Position numbers and translations under genes: made by a program. A stretch of DNA of 32,743 nt. It comes from Actinomycetota bacterium (GTDB lineage: Bacteria; Actinomycetota; Actinomycetes; S36-B12; UBA5976). Within the stretch, counting starts at the first letter, position 1. Every line of letters begins with the position of its first letter. Shown one piece after another: positions 25,971 through 32,743 of the stretch. The notes beneath the pieces are model-generated. The model ran no database searches, had not been told where the DNA came from, and saw nothing but the letters and a program-made list of their open reading frames with translations. The stretch covers positions 1 through 32,743 of the forward strand of contig CANBWF010000002.1 of assembly GCA_947373075.1 (NCBI GenBank), in the 5' to 3' direction.

Positions 25971-26513
25971 TTAAAACAATCCCGAGTTAAGTGGGTGTGG
26001 ACTTACTTTGATTTGTGGAGCAGAACCGAACCACTCAGTTTCACGAATAGCTTTCATGGCTTCTTTGCGAGTCTGCTCGTCCAACCGATCAACAAATAAA
26101 ATGCCGTCTAGGTGGTCGGTTTCATGCTGAATACAGCGAGCAAGTAAATCGCTACCTTCAATAACCACAGGTTCACCAAACTCATTGAATCCATGAGCAA
26201 CCACGTGTTCTGCGCGAATGCAATCAAAAGCTAGCCCCGGGATAGACAAGCAGCCTTCGTCACCATCTTGGGTTTCGGCTGAGAGTTTAAGTACTGGGTT
26301 TATTAAATGGCCGATTACATCATCGATGTCGTAAGTGAAAACCCGCAGAGATACGCCAATTTGTGGCGCGGCCAGACCTGCGCCCCCCGCATCAAGCATC
26401 GTGCTGGTTAGATCCTGCACAAGATTGCGCAGTTCTTTATCAAAAGTAGTTACTTCTAAAGCAGGAGTATTTAGAACTGGATCACCAAAAAGCCGAATTG
26501 GCTGAACGGTCAT
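25971..26513 (-). CDS. def: Peptide deformylase
   Basis: Motifs GLAAPQIG, EGCLSIPG, QHETDHLDG. The start is moved to the ATG at 26513 (MTVQPIRLFGDPVL), which is preceded by AGGAGG. The 16 codons upstream in the track are not family-like. Confidence 0.93.
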   Translation of the reverse strand: MTVQPIRLFGDPVLNTPALEVTTFDKELRNLVQDLTSTMLDAGGAGLAAPQIGVSLRVFTYDIDDVIGHLINPVLKLSAETQDGDEGCLSIPGLAFDCIRAEHVVAHGFNEFGEPVVIEGSDLLARCIQHETDHLDGILFVDRLDEQTRKEAMKAIRETEWFGSAPQIKVSPHPLNSGLF

Positions 26514-26578
26514 GATTCCTCCTGTGAAGCGTTGTGCTAACAGTCTAATGTCAGCACTCAAACACTCTTTACCTTGAA

Positions 26579-28540
26579 CTACAGGTCGTAAGGGTCGAAT
26601 TTGATGTTAACTGGCTCGCCTTTTTTACGGGCACTTCGCACAGCGGTTGCATCTTTTAGTGCCTGCGCCAATTCCAAACCGTGAGCTCGTTCAATCGAGA
26701 GTAATAAGCGCACACCAGTCGGCGCCGGCACTGGGCCACGATGTAGCACGCCATCTGGCAATTCAGTTAGAGCCAACAAGTCATCAATGTCGGCTTGTGC
26801 GCCAGTTAGAACAGCGAGGCGCACTGCTGGCGGAAGGTCGACACTGGCGCGCTGAGCTAGCTCTCGCTGAGCGAAACCGATTGGATCGTGACGAATCAGT
26901 GCTTGCACCGCCGGATGTTCGGGATCTGCTACAACCACAATCTCGCCATCAGTGCGAACAAGTGAAGCAAATTCCATCCACTTGGAATAAGTATCTTCAC
27001 CCGCGCGAAGATCGGGACGTGAAAGCATCATGTTGCCATCCAAAAATACGGCCGCGCTGTAGCCACCTTCGACAAGTGGTGCGGCGCCTGGAGTTGCCAC
27101 AACGATGCTTGGACGTGGGTCGATTGATCGCACAATGTGATCTGCTGAGGATGAGCGCACCGGAATGCCCGGAAATGCTCGACCTAACTCTTCGGCAGTA
27201 CGTACACTGCCAATTGTTGTGGCCCGAACCTGCGACCCTTTGCATCTGGCGCAAGACCAATCGGTTTCCAAATGCCCGCACACCCGACAAGTAGGCGCAC
27301 TCGAGCGCGCTGTTTGAATAAGTGCGCCTGAACACTGCGAACACGCGGCCATTGATCGACACTGACTACAAACAAGCCTGGGTGAATAGCCAGTGCGCGG
27401 AACACAAACTAAGACTGGTCCAGATTTAAGCGCGGTCGAAATAACTTGGAATGCAAGGTGTGGCATTCGGGTAGCAACGCCCTGGGCAACATACTGCTCT
27501 TCGAGCGCGCTGCGTACTCGCGCCATGTTGCGCCGAGCTTGATCAGTTGGCCTAGCCACCAAAGCTAACCAAGGCATCAAGGAAACTGAATCAGTAGAAG
27601 GTGAACTTCCCAAAACTAACAGCGCGGTATTTTCATTTTGACTGCGCAGAACTGCGACTTCTCGCGCATGCCAATAAGGGGCATGCGGCTCAAGGAAAGT
27701 TTCATTCCAGTCATCCCAGATGCAGATGGCAGCCAAATTTTGTGCTGGGGCAAATACCGCAGAGCGCGTGCCAACAATAATGCGAGCCTGTCCGCGTAAC
27801 ACCGAGACCCAATTTCGATAACGAATTTCGGCGCCATCATCCGCAGCTAAAACTGCTACTGCCGGCTTTGGGATACCACTTTGCGCCAAAACTTTAATTA
27901 CTCGATCGATGCCTGTGCGATCTGGAACCAAAACAATCACACTCTGACCGTTCGCAGCCACTGCAGTTGCATACTCGGCCAAAATTTTGGGCACATCATC
28001 ACTACCTGTTGGCATGATTGCCCGAGGAGCTTGCTGATCAATAGTGCGCTTAATTAATGCTGGGCCACCCGCGTATTGAGTGAGAGTTTCTGGAGCAATT
28101 GCCAAAATTTTTACTGACTCGACTGATGAAGCACTTTCGGCCCGCGCATGGCGATTCGGAATTGCAGTGCGCGCAACATCCCAGCGCACACCAGCATTGC
28201 GCAGGGCAACTTGTGAAATGAGCGCAAACAGTTCAGGACTGAGAACTGGCTCTGGCGAAACAACGCTAACTGGTATCAATGTGCCTGGATGTTCTGATGA
28301 ATCTTTTCGTTCTATTAAATATCCGTCAACAAGTTTGCCGGCAAAGCGCACCCGAACACGGACCCCTGGCACTGCAGTATCAGCAAATTTAGCCGGCACT
28401 GAATAATCGAATAGTCGATCTAAATGCGGCAGAGAATTATCAATCAACACCGTAGCGACCGGTTGTTTTTCAGCCAGCGGAATAGCAGCCTTCACACGCT
28501 TACGCGGTGTCGGAAATAGGCTGAGCTCCTCTGTGGTCAC
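26579..28540 (-). CDS. priA: Primosomal protein N' (PriA) homologue with degenerate helicase ATPase motifs
   Basis: 653 aa. GTRSAVF segment and a four-CxxC zinc region (CSQC..CSQC..CRVC..CARC). It lies between metK and def as in other actinobacteria. Walker A and DExH are replaced (see findings). Confidence 0.85.
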   Translation of the reverse strand: MTTEELSLFPTPRKRVKAAIPLAEKQPVATVLIDNSLPHLDRLFDYSVPAKFADTAVPGVRVRVRFAGKLVDGYLIERKDSSEHPGTLIPVSVVSPEPVLSPELFALISQVALRNAGVRWDVARTAIPNRHARAESASSVESVKILAIAPETLTQYAGGPALIKRTIDQQAPRAIMPTGSDDVPKILAEYATAVAANGQSVIVLVPDRTGIDRVIKVLAQSGIPKPAVAVLAADDGAEIRYRNWVSVLRGQARIIVGTRSAVFAPAQNLAAICIWDDWNETFLEPHAPYWHAREVAVLRSQNENTALLVLGSSPSTDSVSLMPWLALVARPTDQARRNMARVRSALEEQYVAQGVATRMPHLAFQVISTALKSGPVLVCVPRTGYSPRLVCSQCRSMAACSQCSGALIQTARSSAPTCRVCGHLETDWSCARCKGSQVRATTIGSVRTAEELGRAFPGIPVRSSSADHIVRSIDPRPSIVVATPGAAPLVEGGYSAAVFLDGNMMLSRPDLRAGEDTYSKWMEFASLVRTDGEIVVVADPEHPAVQALIRHDPIGFAQRELAQRASVDLPPAVRLAVLTGAQADIDDLLALTELPDGVLHRGPVPAPTGVRLLLSIERAHGLELAQALKDATAVRSARKKGEPVNIKFDPYDL

Positions 28541-28573
28541 GATTATGAGTCTGTCAGACCCGAACGACAGATG

Positions 28574-29764
28574 TTAGAGTGCCGCAGTTAATTCCTGGGC
28601 GCGGTCTGTGCGCTCCCAAGTAAAGCCTGGGCGACCAAAGTGTCCATACGCTGAAGTTGGGCGGTATTGAACAACTGCTGTGTTCAAAAGTTCCAGGTCA
28701 GCAATGATGGCAGCTGGGCGCAAATCAAAGACTTTGTGGATTGCGTGCTGAATCTTTTCATCAGCCACAGTTCCGGTACCAAAAGTTTCAACAAAAACAC
28801 CCACTGGCTGCGCCTTACCAATTGCATAAGCAACCTGTACTTCACAGCGAGTAGCAAGGCCCGCAGCCACAACATTCTTTGCAACCCAGCGCATCGCGTA
28901 TGCAGCCGAGCGATCGACCTTTGACGGGTCTTTACCAGAGAATGCACCACCACCATGGCGAGCCATGCCGCCATAGGTATCAACGATAATTTTGCGGCCA
29001 GTTAGACCAGCGTCTCCCATTGGTCCACCAACAACGAATTTGCCCGTTGGATTCACCAATAAGTTGTAATCATCGCTAGCTAAGTCGAAGGCAGCCAGAA
29101 CTGGCTCAACTACAAACTTGCGAATCTCTGGTGCAAGCATATTTTCTAAGTCAACATCTTCAGCATGCTGGGACGAAACAACAACGGTTTCTAAACGCAC
29201 TGGACGATCACCGTCGTACTCAATGGTTACCTGAGTTTTGCCATCGGGACGCAGGTAACTAAGTTCCCCACTCTTACGAACTGCAGTCAAACGCTCGGCA
29301 AGGCGATGTGCCAAAGTAATTGGCAGTGGCATTAGTTCAGGTGTGTCATTGCAGGCGTAGCCAAACATTAAACCTTGATCGCCAGCACCCTGTCGGTCCA
29401 GTGGATCAGATGAACCTGAAACGCGTTCTTCAAATGCATCGTCAACGCCCTGAGCGATATCTGGTGATTGCGTTCCGATTGAAACAGAAACGCCACAAGA
29501 ATTGCCATCAAAACCTTTATTGGATGAGTCGTAGCCAATTGAGTTAACAACTTCACGCACGATGCTCATGACATCGCAGTAACCCTCGGTGGTGACTTCG
29601 CCAGCGACATGCACCTGGCCGGTGGTAAGTAATGTTTCAACCGCCACACGACTCTTTGGGTCCTGCTGTAATAGATCATCCAGAATTGCATCTGAAATCT
29701 GATCTGCCATCTTGTCCGGATGACCTTCGGTTACTGACTCTGAGGTGAATAAACGACCTGACAT
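28574..29764 (-). CDS. metK: S-adenosylmethionine synthase
   Basis: [51 protein letters not shown] motifs. Confidence 0.97.
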   Translation of the reverse strand: MSGRLFTSESVTEGHPDKMADQISDAILDDLLQQDPKSRVAVETLLTTGQVHVAGEVTTEGYCDVMSIVREVVNSIGYDSSNKGFDGNSCGVSVSIGTQSPDIAQGVDDAFEERVSGSSDPLDRQGAGDQGLMFGYACNDTPELMPLPITLAHRLAERLTAVRKSGELSYLRPDGKTQVTIEYDGDRPVRLETVVVSSQHAEDVDLENMLAPEIRKFVVEPVLAAFDLASDDYNLLVNPTGKFVVGGPMGDAGLTGRKIIVDTYGGMARHGGGAFSGKDPSKVDRSAAYAMRWVAKNVVAAGLATRCEVQVAYAIGKAQPVGVFVETFGTGTVADEKIQHAIHKVFDLRPAAIIADLELLNTAVVQYRPTSAYGHFGRPGFTWERTDRAQELTAAL

Positions 29765-29854
29765 TCACTTACCTTTACTATTTCGACAAAAAGTCCAACG
29801 AGGCACAATCTTAGTGGTGCTATTCAGGTCGATTACGGCGATACACGCAGTTAG

Positions 29855-31084
29855 TTACTTTTTATACGCAGCAATTGCGTCAAGGATGGCATGAGCGATT
29901 GCCAATTTAGGTGCTCGTGGCACATCGATTTCTTCTGACGAGTTCTTGGTAAGAATTGTGACCTGATTATCTGGGGTGCCAAAACCTAAGCCATGTCCAA
30001 CTTCATTAACAACCAATAGATCACAATCTTTACGCACCAATTTCGCGCGAGCATGATCGAGAACACTGCCAGACTCATCGCCCGTCTCGGCGGCAAAGCC
30101 CACAACAACTTTTGGCGTTCCATTGTGATCGCGTTGATTAGCCAGACTCTGCAGAATGTCTGCAGTCTGTGACAGTTCTAATGTGAAGGTTGAGTCCTCA
30201 CCAGACTTCTTAATTTTTGTTGCAGATGCATGTGCTGGAGCAAAGTCAACAATCGCTGCGGCCATAATCACGACATCTGCAATCCGACTTTGTGCGTAAA
30301 GCTCGTGCGATAAATCGCGGCCAGTCTCAACTGGAATCACCGTTACGCCATGTGGCATTGGCTCTGTGATGTTTGCCGCAATCAAAGTCACTTTGGCTCC
30401 GCGACTTGCAGCAGCTACCGCAAGTGCAATCCCCTGCTTGCCGGAAGACCGATTGCTAATGAATCGAACTGGGTCTAAATATTCGCGAGTTCCACCAGCA
30501 GTAATCACGATGCGCTTGCCTGATAGATCCTGAGTTTGAGTTGCACAGGCAGCCAAAGCAATTGCGGCAATATCAGCGGGTTCAGGAAGTCGACCTGGTC
30601 CAGAGTCAGCGCCAGTTAGTCGGCCAACTGCTGGCTCAATAACTGTTACACCACGAGCACGAAGAATTGTTACGTTATTTTGCGTTGCAGCATGTTGCCA
30701 CATTTCCGTGTGCATTGCTGGCGCAAAAACTACTGGGCAAGTTGCAGTTAGTAAAACATTCGTCAGAACATCATTTGCCGAACCTGATGCTGCTCGTGAA
30801 AGTAAGTCCGCAGTTGTTGGAGCAACAATAATTAAATCTGCATTCTGTCCGAGGTGTACATGTGGAACATCTGCGACGCTTTCCCACAAATCGGTGACTA
30901 CTGGATTTCCAGAAAGTGCTTCCCAGGTGGCAGCGCCAACAAAGTTCAGTGACGCGGCAGTTGGAACAACATGGACGTCGTGACCGGCTTCAGTAAGCAG
31001 ACGCAAAAGACTGGCTACTTTATAGGCGGCAATTCCTCCACCAACACCGAGAACAATGTTGAGCGGGCGGTTTTGATCAGTCAC
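29855..31084 (-). CDS. coaBC: Bifunctional phosphopantothenoylcysteine decarboxylase / phosphopantothenate--cysteine ligase
   Basis: Flavoprotein N-domain (GVGGGIAAYK) and CoaB domain (ITAGGTREYLDPVRFISNRSSGKQG). GTG start after GGGAGA. Confidence 0.93.
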   Translation of the reverse strand: MTDQNRPLNIVLGVGGGIAAYKVASLLRLLTEAGHDVHVVPTAASLNFVGAATWEALSGNPVVTDLWESVADVPHVHLGQNADLIIVAPTTADLLSRAASGSANDVLTNVLLTATCPVVFAPAMHTEMWQHAATQNNVTILRARGVTVIEPAVGRLTGADSGPGRLPEPADIAAIALAACATQTQDLSGKRIVITAGGTREYLDPVRFISNRSSGKQGIALAVAAASRGAKVTLIAANITEPMPHGVTVIPVETGRDLSHELYAQSRIADVVIMAAAIVDFAPAHASATKIKKSGEDSTFTLELSQTADILQSLANQRDHNGTPKVVVGFAAETGDESGSVLDHARAKLVRKDCDLLVVNEVGHGLGFGTPDNQVTILTKNSSEEIDVPRAPKLAIAHAILDAIAAYKK

Positions 31085-31110
31085 AATTTCTCCCGAAAGC
31101 GGGATGGGAT

Positions 31111-31371
31111 TTAGGAAACAGTCTCAGGTTCGATAGTGAGCTTGCCTTCGTTGATTTCGCGAAGTGCAATTGATAACGGCTTTTCCTGGTTACCAGATTC
31201 AACTAGTGGACCAACATACTCAAGCAGGCCTTCGCCAAGCTGTGAGTAGTAAGCATTGATCTGACGAGCGCGCTTTGCTGCGTAAATTACGAGGGCATAC
31301 TTTGAATCGGCGACAGCAAGTAGATCGTCGATAGGTGGATTGGTAATGCCTTCAGGTGCGGCAGCGGTCAC
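31111..31371 (-). CDS. rpoZ: DNA-directed RNA polymerase subunit omega
   Basis: 86 aa. [10 protein letters not shown]...[20 protein letters not shown] is a canonical omega sequence. Position between gmk and coaBC. Confidence 0.9.
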   Translation of the reverse strand: MTAAAPEGITNPPIDDLLAVADSKYALVIYAAKRARQINAYYSQLGEGLLEYVGPLVESGNQEKPLSIALREINEGKLTIEPETVS

Positions 31372-31395
31372 GGGGACTCCTTAGAGAAAAGAAAA

Positions 31396-31941
31396 CTACT
31401 TTAGAAATGATACCAACTCAGTGGCTGCCCGCGCGACATCGTCATTTGTGATTGAATAATCAAAGAAATCTGCCGAATCGAGCTCGTGTTGGGCAACGGC
31501 TAAGCGAATTGCCACTTCTTCTGGGGTTTCGGTCCCCCGGCCCTCTAGTCGGCTTTCTAGGTCATTCCAAGACGGCGGGGTCAGGAACACCAAAACCGCA
31601 TCGGGCATTGATTTACGGACCTGTTTAGCCCCTTGAAGTTCGATTTCCAGCAGTACTGGTACATCTTGCGCGAGTTTCTCTTCTACCGGAGTACGAGGCG
31701 TGCCATAGCGATTTCCAGCAAATTCGGCCCATTCAAGTAAGTTGCCTTCGCTAATCATCTGATCGAATGCCTCGTTGGTGACATAAAAGTAATTCACGCC
31801 ATCGACTTCGCCGGGCCGCGGTTGGCGGGTTGTCGCTGAAACTGAAAGCCAAGTTTGTGGCATCTCTTTGAGCGCAGCTTGGATAACTGAACTTTTGCCA
31901 ACCCCACTAGGACCAGAGAGCACTACCAGATGAGTTGCCAT
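31396..31941 (-). CDS. gmk: Guanylate kinase
   Basis: P-loop LSGPSGVGKSS and a GMP-binding region. The true start is the ATG at 31941 (MATHLVVLSGPSG) after AAAGGA. The 75 extra N-terminal codons in the track overlap pyrF and are Arg/Gln-rich nonsense. Confidence 0.93.
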   Translation of the reverse strand: MATHLVVLSGPSGVGKSSVIQAALKEMPQTWLSVSATTRQPRPGEVDGVNYFYVTNEAFDQMISEGNLLEWAEFAGNRYGTPRTPVEEKLAQDVPVLLEIELQGAKQVRKSMPDAVLVFLTPPSWNDLESRLEGRGTETPEEVAIRLAVAQHELDSADFFDYSITNDDVARAATELVSFLK

Positions 31942-32002
31942 TACTAATCCTTTCTGTGAGTGAGAACGGGCAGTTCCGATAGTACCGTGTGCCCGCAATT
32001 GC

Positions 32003-32689
32003 TTAGTTTGAAATTGTCGCGGCGATCGCAGCTGCCGCTTCGGCGATGTTACCCGCCGCTGTAATTGGACGACCGATAACCAAAATGTTTGCGCCATCAG
32101 CAAGTGCCTGCTGCGGCGTGGCAATGCGCTTTTGATCGCCAGCATCACTGCCTGCTGGACGAACACCAGGTGTGATTAGCACGATGTCATTACCAACTGC
32201 ATTACGCACAGCTGCCACTTCTTGGGGTGAACAAACAATCGCGCGAGCACCTGCATCCACTGACTGCTTGGCGAGATTAACCACAATGTCTTGTGCATTG
32301 CCGGCCCAACCCATTGTTGTGAGCTGGTTTTGATCAAGTGAAGTCAAAATTGTTACCGCAGTGATTAGCGTGTTTGGTAATGCTTCTGCGGCAGCAGTAA
32401 TCATCTGCGCACCGCCAGATGCATGAACCGTTAAATATTTTGGGGCTAGTGCAGCAACACTTCGGGCAGCGCCGGCAACAGTTGCCGGGATGTCGTGCAG
32501 TTTCAAATCGAGAAAGATGTCGCAATCCGAAACTTCACGAACACTAGTTACCGAACTGTGGCCATCGCGAAGGAATACTTCGAGGCCAACCTTTAGAACT
32601 TCAACATGCGGAGAAGCTTGCTGGGCCCAATCTTGCATTGTGGCTAAGTCAGGTGCATCTAAGGCAACTGCGATTGGAGCTTTTGTCAT
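32003..32689 (-). CDS. pyrF: Orotidine 5'-phosphate decarboxylase
   Basis: IAVALD, FLDLKLHDIPATV, LVIGRPIT motifs. 228 aa. Confidence 0.9.
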   Translation of the reverse strand: MTKAPIAVALDAPDLATMQDWAQQASPHVEVLKVGLEVFLRDGHSSVTSVREVSDCDIFLDLKLHDIPATVAGAARSVAALAPKYLTVHASGGAQMITAAAEALPNTLITAVTILTSLDQNQLTTMGWAGNAQDIVVNLAKQSVDAGARAIVCSPQEVAAVRNAVGNDIVLITPGVRPAGSDAGDQKRIATPQQALADGANILVIGRPITAAGNIAEAAAAIAATISN

Positions 32690-32692
32690 TTA

Positions 32693-32743
32693 TTAACCTG
32701 CCTGATGCGCTTTGCCGATAACTTCACGAACACTTTGGTAGCC
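32693..32743 (-). CDS. carB: 3' end (16 codons plus stop) of the upstream gene, probably carbamoyl-phosphate synthase large subunit by synteny
   Basis: Reverse frame reads ...GYQSVREVIGKAHQAG-TAA-TAA and is followed directly by the pyrF ATG. The identity is inferred only from the usual carA-carB-pyrF order; 16 residues are not diagnostic. Confidence 0.3.
   Translation of the reverse strand, partial: GYQSVREVIGKAHQAG

Noticed and set aside
26514-26561. 16-codon N-terminal extension of def
   Set aside because: The internal ATG at 26513 is preceded by AGGAGG and gives the canonical deformylase N-terminus. The extension has no SD.
26647-27362. 215-aa plus-strand ORF and 121-aa minus-strand out-of-frame ORF within priA
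   Set aside because: Both lie entirely inside the priA CDS. They are Arg/His/Gln-rich with nonsense-like composition and have no recognisable motifs.
29765-29854. Possible SAM riboswitch or terminator in the 90-nt coaBC-metK spacer
   Set aside because: The spacer is too short for SAM-I or SAM-IV. I saw no conserved riboswitch core, only 4-bp stems. It is most likely a simple spacer or a weak internal promoter.
31942-32166. 75-codon N-terminal extension of the gmk ORF that overlaps pyrF by 164 nt
   Set aside because: The extension is Arg/Gln-rich and unlike any Gmk. A good ATG with an SD lies at 31941, directly before the P-loop.

Overview
This window looks like a streamlined actinobacterial chromosome, about 50% GC by hand counts of a few lines. 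The gene order resembles Mycobacterium, Corynebacterium and Streptomyces. From 11.3 kb to 32.7 kb a tightly packed array of housekeeping genes runs almost entirely on the minus strand. In transcription order it reads carB(3' end)-pyrF-gmk-rpoZ-coaBC-metK-priA-def-fmt-rsmB-rpe-ribD-ribE-ribBA-ribH-hisE-hisG-sseB-like, then infC-rpmI-rplT-trmH-pheS-pheT. Many junctions overlap by 1 or 4 nt (TAATG, ATGA, GTGA). The only plus-strand gene in this block is a small DUF1844-like ORF divergent from infC. The first 114 nt are the 5' end of argC with an ARG-box-like operator. An accessory island of about 11 kb with mixed gene orientation and visibly higher AT content (217-11238) lies between argC and pheT. 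It encodes a 1027-aa secreted FN3/Ig-like/GH16 glucanase with Thr-Ala repeat linkers, an FrhB-like Fe-S protein divergent from a polysaccharide pyruvyl transferase, a low-GC glycosyltransferase, an MsbA/PglK-like ABC exporter, and an AT3-SGNH O-acyltransferase. No rRNA, tRNA, CRISPR array, integrase or transposase was seen. The main points for follow-up are the island and its uncharacterised FrhB-like/pyruvyl-transferase pair, a PriA with degenerate ATPase motifs, an IF3 with an ATC start and a long repeat-bearing Lys/Ala/Pro tail, and the absence of mihF between pyrF and gmk.
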